Below, piece by piece: positions 25,593-39,075 of a stretch of 64,000 nucleotides of DNA. Made by a program: the position numbers and the translations under genes. Below the pieces are notes generated by a model. The model was not told the origin of the DNA. It worked only from the letters and a program-made list of their open reading frames with translations, and made no database searches. This stretch comes from Eledone cirrhosa. Lineage: Eukaryota. Location: the NCBI GenBank assembly GCA_964016885.1, contig OZ024741.1:208506001-208570000 (forward strand). The letters are read 5' to 3'. The first letter of the stretch is position 1; each line of letters begins with the position of its first letter.

Positions 25593-28500
25593 AACGACTT
25601 TGAGATCTACGCATCTCTCTATCAGCCGGGAGGTGGGGTGGGGTTGCCGTTTTGCAGCGGAAACACCTGGACCTCGTAACACAGACGGTACATCTGGACC
25701 CGGAGGGTCGACTGGTAGTCCTAGACGTTGACGGAAGTGAAGGTGGAGCCTTCAGGCTGGTGGCCGCATATACCCCATCCGGGACCCCGCGGCCAGACTT
25801 CTTCAAACGTCTAGAGACTTTTTCTGGGAACGTCCCGCTCCTTGCTTTTAGTGGGGGACTGGAATGGAATTCTAGATGAACGTTGGCACTATGTGGGAGC
25901 ATGTCCCGATAAAGAGGGGTGTAACAGCCTCAAACAGTTAATCGGCCGATTTGACCTGGCCGATAGATATCGACTAGATTTTCCGACTGTGCCATTGTGG
26001 AAGTGGACTAATCGCAGCTGAATATCTAGATCGTAAGGATAGGAACATGTTAAGCTGTCCACAAATGTTCATGGTTGCCTATTCAGATCACAAATTAGTG
26101 AGCTGCTTAGTCAACCTTGACAAAACCCATAGACACGGACCCCGCTACTGGAAGCTGAACTTGTCGTTACCGACATGCAAAGCCTACAGTAGACGGATTA
26201 GCACTTTAGTTAAGCAGCACTTGACGGTGGCCATTGTCAACAACAGATGGTGGTACTCTCTCAAGAGGGCAGTTAGATTAGACTCGATAGGCTTTAGTAA
26301 AGAATTAGTGTTAGATAGAAATAAAACCGAAAAGGAACTGGTAGATAAAGTAGAAGAGGTACTTAGGAGAGGGAACGTAGCCTACGTGCTAGCGACGAGA
26401 ACGGCCTTGGACCAATTCTTCGACGCAAAGCATGAAGGCTGCGTTGTCAGAAGCAAAATACGTGCTCTGGGAAACGAGGGAGCCAAAGCTGTTAGCTGGG
26501 CCCCAGTGACGGAGGCGAAAAGTGGCAACAAGTACACGATTAGGTCTTTGAAGGACCAAGACGGACGCGTGATACGTGAGCCGAAGCAGATGTGCACGGC
26601 CTTTCAACTGTTCGGGCAGGGCGGCGCGCCGGGAGGGGCTATGGATTTCGGTCCATACCTCGACGGCCTACCGCGACTCTCGGACAGCGAGGCGAAGTTC
26701 TGCGAAAGGCCGATTTCGGCCGCTGAGATAGAGGACGCGCTGTGCCAATGCGGCAAACGCAAATCAACGGTCTACCCTACGAATTTTACGTAGCATTGCC
26801 GGACTTGTTCTCCGGTCTCCTGGAAGCGGTCTACTGCAACTGGCAGCAGAATGGGAGAATTCCCAGTTCTGTGACCAAGGGCGTAGTCACGTTAGTCAGG
26901 AAGAACGAGAATAAGGGGGATGACATAGGCAACTTCCGGCCAATAACTCTGCTAAACACAGAGTTACAGATTTTGGCGTAGGTGTTGGAAAAGAGGCTGG
27001 CGCTTGTCGTGGAAAACTTGGTGGGAGAAGCGCCGACATGCACAATCCCGACCAGGTCCATACACGACAACCTCCACCTCATGCGATACATCATAGAGAG
27101 GGTAGGGTGTAAACCCGGCTTCGGTGGGGCCCTGATCAACTTGGATCAGTCTAAGGCTTTCGATAGGGTTGACCATCGTTACCTGGATGCGGTGCTCGAG
27201 CCGGCAGGCTTCGGACCCGTGTTCAGAGGTTGGATTGCTGCAATGCACAGCAGCACCATCTGCTTAAGGTTCAAGGTGAACGGCTACCTCTCGGAAACGT
27301 TCCATATCACGCGATCCATCCGACAGGGATGGCCTCTCTCCTCCCTTCTGTATGTACTGACTCTCGAGCCACTACTGCGGAGGTTGGAATTATTGCAGGG
27401 CATCCCTTTGGAACCAGGACTGCGAAAAGCGGCGTCGGCCTATGCCAACGACATGACAGTAATGGTGTCGAGCACCTTGCAAATCGGGGAAGTCGGCACC
27501 TTACTGAAGGAATACGAAACGTTCACAGGAGCGAACCTGAACCGGGACAAATCCGTCGGTTTGAAACTCGGAACGTCGAGAGGCAAACCGATGCCTTCCA
27601 ATAGCGTCGTCGGACGCTTGACGGAAGGACTGGTAAAGCTGCTCGGGGTCTGGTTTGGTCCGGACCTCCAGGTGGAGAAGAACTGGAACGAGGTGACGGC
27701 CAAGGTGTTTGCGCTCACCCAGAAGTGGGCTGAGTGCAAACTATCCTTGAAAGGTCGAGCAGAGGTGGCAAACACTTTTATACCGTCCGTCATCTACTAC
27801 CGCTTGACCGTCGTGCCTTGTCCAGTCAAAACGCTCACCAAAATGGAGCGTGAGCTCTTCCAATTCTTTGGAAGAAGCGGGCTCCTTTGGTGAGAAGATC
27901 CATCTGCTGCCAACACCCTTCAAACGGAGCGCTGGGGATGCCGTGGCTGACGATGCGCAAACACGCGCTCAGGCTTCGGCACCTCCACGTATTCCTCACC
28001 GGACAACCGTTCGTGAGGCGAGCATGCCCACGTTTCGTCTCGCTGACCGAGCTGCAGTCCTGGGTCAAGCAAAGACCGAGGAAAATGGGCGACTGGCACA
28101 TCGAATGTGCTCAGGCGCTCACAGACCTCTGGCAGGAGGAGCCGGCGATCAGTGGAGACTCCACTTCGTCATTCTAGAGAGGGTTGGTCTGCAGCAAGTG
28201 CGACGACGCGCTCGGAGAAACTCTATGCGTAGAGGAAGATGAACTGGCCAGTCGGTTCGGTAGAGCCTTCCGCCCGGGAGCGATGGACAACTTCCAAAAG
28301 TCCCTGGCCTGGCAGTGCTACCGAGGAGCTCTACCAGTTCGAGACAAGCTCTACAGACACGGGTGCCCGGGTAGAGGCCCTTCGAAAAAGATCTGTCCGA
28401 GATGCGTGCGCGACGAGGAAACCGTCGCGCACGCATTTGTACACTGCCCGGGCATTACCGACATGTGGGGCTATGTAGAACGACTATTGTCGCGGGTGGG

Positions 28501-29005
28501 ACCAATGCAGTTGACCACCGAGTCCATTGTCACTATGAAACCGCCAACCCTCCTTCAAAAATGAAGGAGAGGCGGTTTCCTATGTGTTATGGCTATGGTG
28601 AAAGAGGTTATATCGTGGACGAGGTTAAAAGGGCTGAGGTCAGACACCTTTCTCTCCGGCAAACAACTGATTCGTTTTTTCAAATATCATTTTGGAAGAA
28701 GAATCAGGATGGAGAGAGAGGTGCTGTACCCCAGCAAGTTTTATGAAAGGTGGGTGAATGTGGCAAAGATGGCCCGAGTGGTTGGGCTTTCTCTCTATAT
28801 AAGCCTCTGGGTTGAGGAAAAAGAGATGAGGGTTGTATATTTTTTCGGGGTGTGTACAACCCCTGCGTAACGCCCCCCCCCCCCCATTGGGGATTTCAAT
28901 TGTTATTTGTTATTTCATTAATAGTTTTATTTTCATATACCTGTATGTTAACTCCCCATTTGTATTTTCCCCTTCTTTTGTGCCCTTGTGGCTAATAAAA
29001 AAATT
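25593..29005 (+). mobile_element. Tx1-like L1-clade element, 5'-truncated in the APE domain, decayed ORF2
   Basis: APE (GGVAVL, FRLVAAYTP, SDHKLV, YWKLN), RT (NFRPITLLNT, LDQSKAFDRVDH, RQGWPLS, YAND, LGVWF), Zn finger CPRC…ETVAHAFVHC; AATAAA end; (TATC/TC)n at both flanks (25581-25592 and after 29005). Confidence 0.9.
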
Positions 29006-29039
29006 TATCTCTCTATATAGTTTATAGTTATTCATTAAT

Positions 29040-29121
29040 GTTTATACGATTTTTATGTAAAAACCCTGCCCTGACGTCTTGTAATGTCCCTTGTACGCCC
29101 TTGTGGCAAATAAAGAAAGAT
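29040..29121 (+). mobile_element. Additional short Tx1-like 3' end in tandem, followed by (TC)n/(TATC)n
   Basis: CCCTTGTGGCAAATAAAGAAAGA-TATCTCTCTC repeats the terminal motif of 28983-29005. Confidence 0.7.
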
Positions 29122-29236
29122 ATCTCTCTCTATCTATCTATCTATCTATCGGCCTATCTCCCTCTCTCCCTCCCCCTCTCTCTCTATATATATATCCCTC
29201 CCTCTCTCTCTCCCTCCTCTCTTCCTATCTCTATAT

Positions 29237-29283
<47 letters not shown>

Positions 29284-29408
29284 CCTGGCCGCTATCTGTA
29301 GAGTCCAATCCAAATAGACAAGCTCCCCACCATACACTTCCACTCGAACCAACAACTTCATTTTGGCATGGTAGTGAGGTTGTATAAGTGTGAGTACTTA
29401 TATATATC

Positions 29409-29599
<191 letters not shown>

Positions 29600-30118
29600 C
29601 TCTATGTATCGTTGTTTGATCTGATTGTGTATTTAGAATCCATTCCTCAACCACCAGCACCACTAGCAAAAACAACAACATTACCATCAAAACGTCCCCC
29701 CTGGCCTCTTATATGTTGATATAATAAAAAGCCCCAGTCAAAACCGGAAACACATAATCTGATGCCATTTCAGCACAGCAATAGTGAAGTTAGAAGAAGA
29801 AGAAGAAGAAGAAGAAGAAGAAGAAGAAGAAGAAGAAGAAGAAGAAGAAGAAGAAGAAGAAGAAGAATGATTTCTTTATTAACCACAAGGGTTTACATAA
29901 AGTAGACATTAAGGACAGTGCAGGACAATACAGGACGGTACAAATGGGCATTTCTGCGTGTAAAAAACAAAAACAGAGGATGTAACAAAAAATAACAATG
30001 AAAAATTCCCCAATAGGGGGGAGACTTCGGAGGGACATTTGTGGAGAAAGCCCAGTAAAAGGTCACAATGACCCTGACCACCAAGGCAAGTGCCCTCTCC
30101 CAGTTTTCCACCTTTAAT

Positions 30119-33100
30119 TTACAGATATATACTCAGAGTAGGCCCATTCACTCGGGCCATTCTTGCTTCTCTCACCCATCTTTCAACAAAATGCTGGGAA
30201 GAGAGCACTTCCCTCTCTACTCTGATTTTCCTTTTCAAATGAAATTTGAAAAAGTCAATCAGAGCATCACCGAAGAGGTAAGTGCTCATCTTCAGCCCTT
30301 TCAAACGTGTCCACCATACTATCTCTTTCGTCATGGCCACCAGACAGATAAAAACTGCCTGCCCTTCCCGGCTAAAGGAGGAGGGCGGGGCAATCCTCAC
30401 GATGGACTCAGATGATAGCCGGATCCGTCCTAAACGCGACAGCAGGTGTTCGACAAGTCAGCAATTTTCGGACACTGGACGAGTGCGTGCAGGACGGTTT
30501 CGTCGCCGTGCGTGCAGGACGGTTTCGTCGCCCTGCGCGCATCTCCGACATTCCCGACTGACGGCACCTCCATGCCTGTAGAGTTTATCCCGAACTGGCA
30601 AGGCTCCTCGGTAGCACTGCCAGGCCAGAGATTTCTGGAAGTTGTCCATAGGCCCTGGCCCGAAAGTTCTTCCGAAGAGATTGGCTAGTTGATTTTCGTA
30701 GACGCCTAGAGTTTCCCCAAGTACGTCGTCGCTCTTCCCCTCCACTAATCCTCTATAGAACGCCGAGGTGGAGTTTCCACCGATCACATTGCCCGATTGG
30801 TCGAGCGCTGTGAGCGCCTGAAGACATTCCAGTCTCCAGGCGCTCCCTCTCGGTCTTCGCTTGACCCAGGACTGCAGCTCCGTCAAGGAAACGAGCTGGG
30901 GAAATACGTGTCTAGCAAACGGCGACCACACCTGATCACCGTCAAGGAAGAGGTGGAGATGTCGTAGCCTGAGCGCGTGCCTGCGCATCATCAGCCACGG
31001 CATGCCCAGCCCTCCACGTAGCGGGTGTTGACAACAGATGGACCGCCTGACCATCGGAGCGCGTCCCTTCCACAAAAAGCGAAAGAGCAAACGCTCCAGC
31101 GCAGTCAGGCGAGGCTTAGGACAAGGTACGACGGTCAGGCGGTAGCAGATGACAGACGCGATGTACGCGTTAGCCACCTCCACTCGACCTTTCAGGGATA
31201 GCTTCCTCTCCGCCCATTTCTGGGTGAGAGAAGCCACCCTGCTCGTCACCTCGTCCCAGTTTTTGTCCGTCTGGAGGTCCGGACCGAACCAGACGCCTAG
31301 CAATTTAACAGGTCCGTCCGTCCAGCGTCCGACGACGCTGTTGGATGGGGTGGACCTGCCTCTCCAGGTGCCGAGCTGCATGCCCACTGACTTTTCCTGG
31401 TTGATCATTGCTCCTGTCACCGCTTCGTATTCTCTTAGTGTAGTGCCGATCGCCTCGATGTATTTGGCGTTCGACACCACTACGGTGACATCGTCCGCAT
31501 GTGCTGACACGGATCCTCCGCATCCTAGTTCGCGCGGGATGCGCCTCAACGTCTCCAGTTTGTGCAGTAATGGCTCGAGAGTCAATACGTACAAGAGGGA
31601 CGAGAGGGGACATCCTTGGCGGACCGAGCGCATGATGTTCAACGGTTCCGACAGGTGACCGTTCACTCTCACCACAGAGCAGATGTCGCTGTGCATGGCA
31701 GCGATGCAGCCTCTGAAGACGGGCCCAAAGCCAGCCGCCCTCAGGACTGCCGCTAGGTAACGATGGTCGACCCTATCGAAAGCTTTCGACTGATCTAAAT
31801 TGATCAAGGACCCACCCGTTCCAGGTTCCCTAGCTACCCTCTCTACGATGTATTGCATGAGGTGGAGGTTGTCGTGGATGGATCTGTCGGGAATGGCGCA
31901 TGTTTGCGCCTCTCCCACCAGACCACCAACGACAAGCGCCAACCTCTTTGCTAGCACCTTGGCCAAAATCTTGAACTGTGTTTAGCAGTGTTATGGGCCG
32001 GAAATGATCTATGTTATCCCCCTTGTTCGGATCCTTTCTCAGCAGTGCCACCGCTCCTCGGCTCACAGGACTGGGAATTCTTCCGTTCTGTTGCCAGTTG
32101 CAGTAGACGTCCGCCAAGAGGCCTCCGAACAAGTCTGGCATCTGTACGTAAAGTTCATAGGGCAGACCATCCAAACCAGGCGATTTACCCCTTGTGCAGC
32201 CAGTCATTGCCTCCCTTACTTCAGCGGCTGTTATCGGCTTTTCGCAACACTTCGCCTCGGTGGCCGAGAGCCGCGCAGTCCCTCGAGGTAGACACTAAAG
32301 TCCACCCTCGACCCGGCCCACCGCTGCCCCCGAACAGCTGAGCGAAGTGTCGCTGAAAAGCTTCACACATTTGCCCGGGTACGAGTAGCATGCGCCCGTC
32401 GTGGTCCACTAAAGACCGGATCGTGGCTTTGTTGACACGACGCGCTTCCGCCACTCGGGCCCATTGAACGGCTTTCGTCCCCTCGTGTCTGAGAGCACGC
32501 ACCCCTGCTCTGACAACGCAGCCTTCGTGCTTTGCATTGAAGAATTGGTCAAGGGCCAATTTCGCCGCAAGCACGTAGGTCGCGATGCCTTTGCTAAGCG
32601 CCTCGTCTAATTTTCTAACTAGTTCTCCCTCTGCTCTATTTTTCTCTATTGCTAAATCCTTACTAAACCTAATGGATTCTATTCTAATCGCTCTTTTCAG
32701 AGCAAACCACCACTTGTTGTTGACGATGGCCCCCGTCAACGCCCGCTTAACTAGTTCGCTAATCCGGTCTCTGTAGGCCTTGCGCGCTGGTAAGGATGCG
32801 TTTAGCTTCCAGTAGCCGGGTCCTCGTCTATGAAGCCTATCTAAGTCAAGCACACAGATCACGAATTTGTGGTCCGTGTAACTGACTATCTTGAATTGTG
32901 GACAGTCTATGCTAGACCTATCTATTTCCCTACAAAATACTCTATCTAGATATGATCTGGATGGCCCTATGCGATTTGTCCAAGTCCACATTGGTACATT
33001 CGGGAAATCCAATCGGTACCTGTCAGACAGTTCAAAACGCCTGAGCAGGTTGGTGAGGCTCTTGCACCCTCCACCCCTATCCGCTAATCCCACACAGTCC

Positions 33101-33549
33101 CAGCTGGCATCTAAGATCCCGTTCCAGTCGCCCACTAACACTAAAGAGCGGGACGTTCCAAGAAAGGTCTCCAGACGCCGGAAGAAATCAGGCCGCCCTG
33201 CTCCTGTTGGGGCATAGACGGCCACTATCCTGAAAGCTTGCCCGTCTCCGCTGGTCACGTCCAGCACTAACAACTTACCCTCTGGGTCCAGGAAGATGGC
33301 CCGTATGGCGAGATCTAAACCTCTTCGAAAAAGCACAGCAACTCCTCCCCCCGATCCAGGACGGCTGGGAGATGCGTACACATCATAGCCGCCGAAGATC
33401 GGTGCGAAGGCCCGTGCTTCGGAGATTCTGGTCTCGCTGATGGCCACTACATCTATGTTTAGTGACCTGAGGTCGTTGAGCAGGTGACCCTGCTTCTATG
33501 ACGACCCCAAGCCACGCGCATTTATGCTGCCTATTCTGAGTGAGGTCAC
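30119..33549 (-). pseudogene. Tx1-like ORF2 (APE endonuclease, reverse transcriptase, C-terminal Zn finger), disrupted
   Basis: IGSINARGL, AISET, GGVAVL, VYAP, LVGDWN, YLDRVF, TDHKFV, YWKLN; KSPGLDGLPYE, FRPITLLN, LDQSKAFDRVDH, RQGCPLS, HADDV; a TAG near the start, frameshifts, and a 25-bp duplication at ~30484-30532. Confidence 0.9.
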
Positions 33550-33584
33550 GTTTAAAATAGAGTGGGAAAGATGGGATAGACCAC

Positions 33585-35726
33585 TTACCGTACTTTTCGT
33601 AGAAGAGGGATGGTTTTTACATCCCTTTTCACTTGATCGTCTGGTGAAGGGACCATTGAATCGTCCCTTCGGCTGGTCATCGGCTCTTCTATGAGTATGT
33701 CCGAATATACTCTTCGGTTGATAGTTCCTCCTAGGTCTCTGAATTCACCAACTGCGTTGGGGAATTTCGTTTTAATGTTTGTGTATTGTTTCTGCGCTAT
33801 TTTTAGCAGTCTTATGTTAGTTGGCGTTTTGATTGGTGCTGGTATTATGTAGTCGTGTTGTGAAATGTCTGTGTGTTCAATTATGTAAGTCATTAGTTTC
33901 TTGTTGTGTGTATTTATTGCCGTGCATTTGTTTTTCTGGGGGTGGGGTGTGGTTCTGCTATTTTCTTGTCGTTTTTGCTGGGTGTGTGTGTTTTGTTGTT
34001 GTGTTTGCGATGTTGGTGCTTGTGGTGGTGGTGTTGAAGGTGTTGTTGTTGTTGGCAGTGGGGTTGTCGCCGGCGGTGATGGTGGTGCTAGTGTGGGTGG
34101 TGATGGTGTTGGTGGTGCTGCTGTGAGTCTCTTTGCAGTAGACTTTACCCTTTTTTCATTTCTTTCCTCCCTTTTCAAAGGCGACGATGCGCTGCATCTG
34201 CGTTTGTGCCTTCTTACGACCTTTTGCCATCTCTCTCCCACCTCACACTCCATGTCTGATTCTGTGTGGTCGGGGAGGGGTACCAGCTCCACTCTTTCAC
34301 TTGTTGTTGTTGGTGATGTTTGCACTGGAGTCTCTGTTGCAGCTGCATTTGGTATTGCTGTTGTTGTTGTTGTTAATACTTCCACTGCTGCTACTGTTTT
34401 TGATTTCCGTGGCGTGGGTATGGGTGCCACGGACTTATCGTTTCTGGTTGCCGCTTGTCCTGTTGCTGGTAGCCGTGGAGCCGGTTTCGGAAGGAGGGGG
34501 ATTTTCTCCTTTCTCGGGGTCTTCTCGTTGCAGAAGGCCCTGAGGTGAGTCTTCGATCCCCAGCGAAAGCATTTTGGGCGTTTGCCCTCAACACTTATGG
34601 GCAGTTGAGTGCCGTTATCGAAGTCTATCACATCTGGGATAGCTTCGATGCACTCCTGGTTGGTTTGAATTAACATCTCAATGGAGGTGCCGACCCAATC
34701 TTCTCTTACTTTTTTCTGTACTTGCAGTACAGTTGTTTTGTCCTCGATTCCGACGAGGACAGACGCGGCCAGCCAAGAAGGGGCCCTCCCGGGGGGGACG
34801 TGGGTCAGTTTGACCCTCACAATTTTTTGCCCGCAGTAGGAGGGCACGAACACCATTTCCTCGCTCCTTAGGGTCACTACGGATTGAGCATTTGCCTCCT
34901 GGGGTGTGGCAAAAAGTACGTCTACGGTGGCATATTTCTTGCCTCGGGTGATGTGTGTTTTCCGCTGCCACACAGACCCCAAGGCTTTTTGTATTTGAGC
35001 CTCTGTGGCTCTTTCCACCCTACGGGATTTTGTACTTACTGTACGGTACGTGACCGTACAGTGCTGTTGGGTTTCGAAAAAATTTTCCGCTGCCTTGCAG
35101 ATTGCTCGGTGTCCAGTTTTTGTCACCATCTTCTTCGCTTCCTGTAATTCCTCATTTGTTATGAGGATTGTTTCCAGGTTCTTCGCGATACCTGCAAACG
35201 AGATTGGTTTTTCTTTGCTGCTGTTGTTGTTGTCGTCAGAGCTGCTGTTACTTTTGTTGTTGCTGCAGGTACTACGACTACTGCCGCCGCCGCTGTTGCT
35301 GTGGTTGTTGTTGTTGTTGCTGCTGCTAATGCTGTTGTTGTTTATGCTGCTGCTGATGCTGTTGCGGCTGCTACTGTTGATTTCATTGTTACTGTTGCTG
35401 TTGTTATTACGGCTGCTACTACTATTATTCCTGACGTCAGACGAATGAAATGGGTTTTCGTATTTCCCGCACACCTGTTTCGTCGTCGTTGTCGTCGTCG
35501 TCGTGGAGAAATCTTGCACGCTTTGCACGAGACTTTTCTTTTCTGTCGTCGCTTGCGAAAGAGAAGGGAGGGAGAGAGACACATTTAAAGAAGGGAGGGA
35601 GAGAGACAATCTTCTCTCTGCTGTAGTGACGATTGAGGAAGAAGACGGAATGAGTGGGAGTGACCTATGAAAATTCTTTTTCGTAGCCATGTTGTTTTTT
35701 TTTTGTTTAAAATAAATATTGGACAC
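33585..35726 (-). CDS. Tx1-like ORF1 (gag-like nucleic-acid-binding protein), open frame
   Basis: 713 aa open; SFAGIAK motif; zinc knuckle G.RPKCFRWGSKTHLRAFC (CX2CX4HX4C with the second Cys changed to Trp); S/N- and P/T-rich low-complexity tracts; lies directly upstream of ORF2. Confidence 0.8.
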   Translation of the reverse strand: MSNIYFKQKKNNMATKKNFHRSLPLIPSSSSIVTTAERRLSLSLPSLNVSLSLPSLSQATTEKKSLVQSVQDFSTTTTTTTTKQVCGKYENPFHSSDVRNNSSSSRNNNSNSNNEINSSSRNSISSSINNNSISSSNNNNNHSNSGGGSSRSTCSNNKSNSSSDDNNNSSKEKPISFAGIAKNLETILITNEELQEAKKMVTKTGHRAICKAAENFFETQQHCTVTYRTVSTKSRRVERATEAQIQKALGSVWQRKTHITRGKKYATVDVLFATPQEANAQSVVTLRSEEMVFVPSYCGQKIVRVKLTHVPPGRAPSWLAASVLVGIEDKTTVLQVQKKVREDWVGTSIEMLIQTNQECIEAIPDVIDFDNGTQLPISVEGKRPKCFRWGSKTHLRAFCNEKTPRKEKIPLLPKPAPRLPATGQAATRNDKSVAPIPTPRKSKTVAAVEVLTTTTTAIPNAAATETPVQTSPTTTSERVELVPLPDHTESDMECEVGERWQKVVRRHKRRCSASSPLKREERNEKRVKSTAKRLTAAPPTPSPPTLAPPSPPATTPLPTTTTPSTPPPQAPTSQTQQQNTHTQQKRQENSRTTPHPQKNKCTAINTHNKKLMTYIIEHTDISQHDYIIPAPIKTPTNIRLLKIAQKQYTNIKTKFPNAVGEFRDLGGTINRRVYSDILIEEPMTSRRDDSMVPSPDDQVKRDVKTIPLLRKVR

Positions 35727-35908
35727 AAAACCCCAATAAGCAGTTATTTAACCCCGAAGGGCCAAATAACGGGCAGAAAGACCCCTCTCACGAGGAGGAG
35801 GGTGTTTTTGTCTACAAGTTGGTAAAAGTTCTAAATAATTTACAATTGTTATAGCGTTCAAAATTTACAATACCTTACAGAGCCGAGCCTCCGTCAACCA
35901 TAGCATTC

Positions 35909-35945
<37 letters not shown>

Positions 35946-36013
35946 TTTATTTTCCCCCAATTATTGTTGTTCTTATAATTATGGTCATTATTATTGTTGT
36001 TACTGTTGCTAAT

Positions 36014-36209
36014 GGCGGTGGATTGGCAGTATCGGTAGAGGGTCGGACGTTATGCTTTGCAGCAAAGCGTTACGGCCCTTTATGGTCTGAGTTCAAATTC
36101 CGCTGAGGTTAACTTTGACTTTCATCCTTACGGGATCGATAAAATAAAGTACCAGTCATGTACTGGAATAATTGCTGGCCTTGTGCCAGAAGTAGAAACA
36201 ATTATTATT
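36014..36209 (+). mobile_element. SINE family A, full length, (ATT)n tail merging into (GTT/ATT)n low complexity
   Basis: Matches the 13896 and 18669 copies end to end. Confidence 0.85.
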
Positions 36210-36827
36210 GTTGCTATTGTTATGTTTATTGTCGTTGTTGTCACTGCTGTTGTTGTTGTTATCAACGTTGTTATTTCTCTTGTTATTATTATCGTTGTTT
36301 TTATTGTCGTTACAGTTGATGTCATTATTATCAATGTTCTCGTTTGTTGCCATCTTTTTCTTTGGGGTGGGTTGCGGGTGGAATCATTAAACCTATTGCT
36401 ATTGTTATTGATATTATTGTTGTCGTTGGTGTTTCTGTAGTTGTTCTTCTTGTTGATGATGATGTCGTTCTTCTTCATCTTTTTATTCTTCTTCATATTC
36501 TTCATCTACACGATCTTCCGCTTACCTAATAATTATATCGACTGGACAGGGCAGTAATTACAACTTTAGATCCCAGTTCTGGGAACTGATTTTGACCCTC
36601 CTCACTTTTCCCGTCTAAACCGATATAACTAAAGTGGATATAGGAATGATTCATGTCCAGCCACTAAAAGCACCATCACATCCACCACCACTTGTCCTTC
36701 TCATTCTATCAAGAAACAGCACCACCTCATTACTAATCCTTCTTTATATCTATGCTCTGTCTTTTTGCTGTCTTACTTCATTTCCTTCTTCTCTTCAGGG
36801 TTTGTATGCTTCATATTTTATATATGA

Positions 36828-36874
<47 letters not shown>

Positions 36875-36875
<1 letters not shown>

Positions 36876-37722
36876 GAGTTGTGTCAGAAACGTTACGATT
36901 TGACGTGCTGTGTGAGATATGAGTGGGGTAGCGATTAGCGGGTTGCGTCACCGAGGAATATATACCTGCAATCTCAGCTCTCTGCAGCCATTGTATGTTT
37001 TTTTCACGTGCTTTTCTTAACAACACCTCAATTTTAGGCGATTTTTAGCGATGTGTACAGAGCAATGAACCAATCTGACGTTTCTGGTCCGGCTGGGAAA
37101 AACTCCGTCAGAGGCACTCGGAATACTGCAGTAAGTGTACGAGGATGAGACGATATCGCACTCACGGTGTTTCGAGTGGCACAAAAGGTTCGAAGACAAT
37201 CCCAGGAGCAGAAAGTCTTCAACCAGCGGGGCTGGGGCCAACGTAGAGCGAATGAGGTAGGTGGTGCATGGCGATCGTCGGCTGATTGTTCGAATGACCT
37301 CAAGTTAGCTGAGCATGAACCACGACAGTCTTTGAAGATTATCACCAAAAATTTGGACATGTGGAAGATCTGCGAGAAGGTGGTACCGAAGCTGCTGAAC
37401 AATAATCAGAAGGGGCGGAGCATGCCGGTATGTCAGGACATCCTCAAGCGTTTCGAAACCGAACCAGACTTGCTGGGGAGAGTCATCAGCGGTGATAAGT
37501 CATGGGGACACGTTTTCCGGACGTGGAAGCTATCAAGAAGGCCATGACGAGGGAGCTGCGAGGAATCCCGGGGAAATCATTCCAGGAGTGCATGGAGACA
37601 TAGCGGAGAAGGATGGAAAAGTACATTAGATTCGAGTGGGGTTATTTTGTAGTTTGTAGTTTGGAGTTGAAATAGCTTTTGCAACCCTAGTCCTGAGTCA
37701 TGTTTCTTTTCTGACACACCTC

Positions 37723-37723
<1 letters not shown>
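36875..37723 (+). mobile_element. Internally deleted mariner (Tc1/mariner) transposon in (TA)n
   Basis: TIRs CGAGTTGTGTCAGAAA / TTTCTGACACACCTCG; transposase HTH region, VVPKLL (WVPHEL-like) and ISGDKSW (first catalytic D) joined directly to the C-terminal GTRFPDVEAIK…GYF, so most of the catalytic domain is deleted. Confidence 0.85.
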
Positions 37724-37764
<41 letters not shown>

Positions 37765-37871
37765 GGTTATGAGTATCTGCCTCCGATGAGCACCCTGGGC
37801 CAAACACGTGTAAGAGCTATATAAAGATGTGTTTTAACGGCTTGTAATTCTTTCATTCACTCATTCTTTTG

Positions 37872-37946
<75 letters not shown>

Positions 37947-37979
37947 GTGTGCGCTTATGTTAGTAGATATATTAAATTA

Positions 37980-38076
<97 letters not shown>

Positions 38077-38529
38077 ACAGTTATACTTAAAACAATTTTA
38101 ATTATACATATGTTTCAATGTAGAGCGGCAGGCCATACCACGATAGTTACGAGGTATCTGTCCCTTGCTCTACATACCTTAAGGAATTTAGATATTGTTA
38201 GAAGTTTCAAAAGTATTACATACAAGAGATAACTCCACGACTGAAGCTGTTATGTACATCGTAAACACAAATACACCATTTTCTTGTTGCTGCATCTAAA
38301 ATACTGTAATATATAATACAGAATACGAAACGAAACTAGATAAGAAAACAACAACAATATTTGATAACTTAATGTATTATATAGAATGTCATAAAACAAT
38401 AGAAAACGGATTATAAAAGTTTATTAATTGTAAAATAAAAACCATAATTTAACATATAATGCAGTACCCTAAAAATAAACGAAACACCAAATATGTATAT
38501 TTATGTTATGCTACACATGAAACATATTT

Positions 38530-39075
38530 GATTTCAGGAGAATGATCAGGAATTAGAAAGAAACACCATGGAAAGCATCTAGCAAATAGCTAACTCCATC
38601 CACCAGAGTATTAAAGTAACTGTAAACTACCCAACCAAAAACCTCAACCATGGATTACCTGTACTAAACACAGAACCCTGGTTAGAAACAATTAGTAATA
38701 AAACAAATCCTCCATTCACATTATGCCAAACCCATGGCCTCCAAATACCTGATCCACCTAAACTCAGCCGTTTCGGATAACATGATCATTAACATATTAA
38801 TTGTGAATTAGAGTGACGAGGAAGAATTTGAGAGACAAATACAACACTTCATCGACCGTATGCAGTTCTCTGGCTACAATCAGAGAGACATGAACAGGGT
38901 GTATAAAGGAATCAGGGCCAAATCCACAAATATTGTCGAATGGGACTTGCCCCATGTATGGGAGCAATTTTTGGAATAAGATAGAAAGAATTAAGAAGAC
39001 TAATAAAGTCAACTCGTGGTATGACAGCAATAAATACCAGAGTGTAATGTTCGTCAATGTACCTCCCAGAGGAGA
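38530..39075 (+). pseudogene. PLE reverse-transcriptase C-terminal/thumb fragment
   Basis: IANSIHQSIKVTVNYP…LPVLN…HYAKPMASKYLIHLNSA…FIDRMQFSGY…YQSVMFVNVPP, a motif order typical of PLE RTs. Confidence 0.7.

Larger units (their letters stand above)
29869..35908 (-). mobile_element. Full-length (~6.0 kb) Tx1-like L1-clade retrotransposon
   Basis: 5'UTR + ORF1 (35726-33585) + ORF2 APE-RT-Zn finger (~33549-30119, with a stop and frameshifts) + 3'UTR with AATAAA; 5' flank (TTA)n (35909-35944), 3' flank A(TTC)n (29792-29868). Confidence 0.92.
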
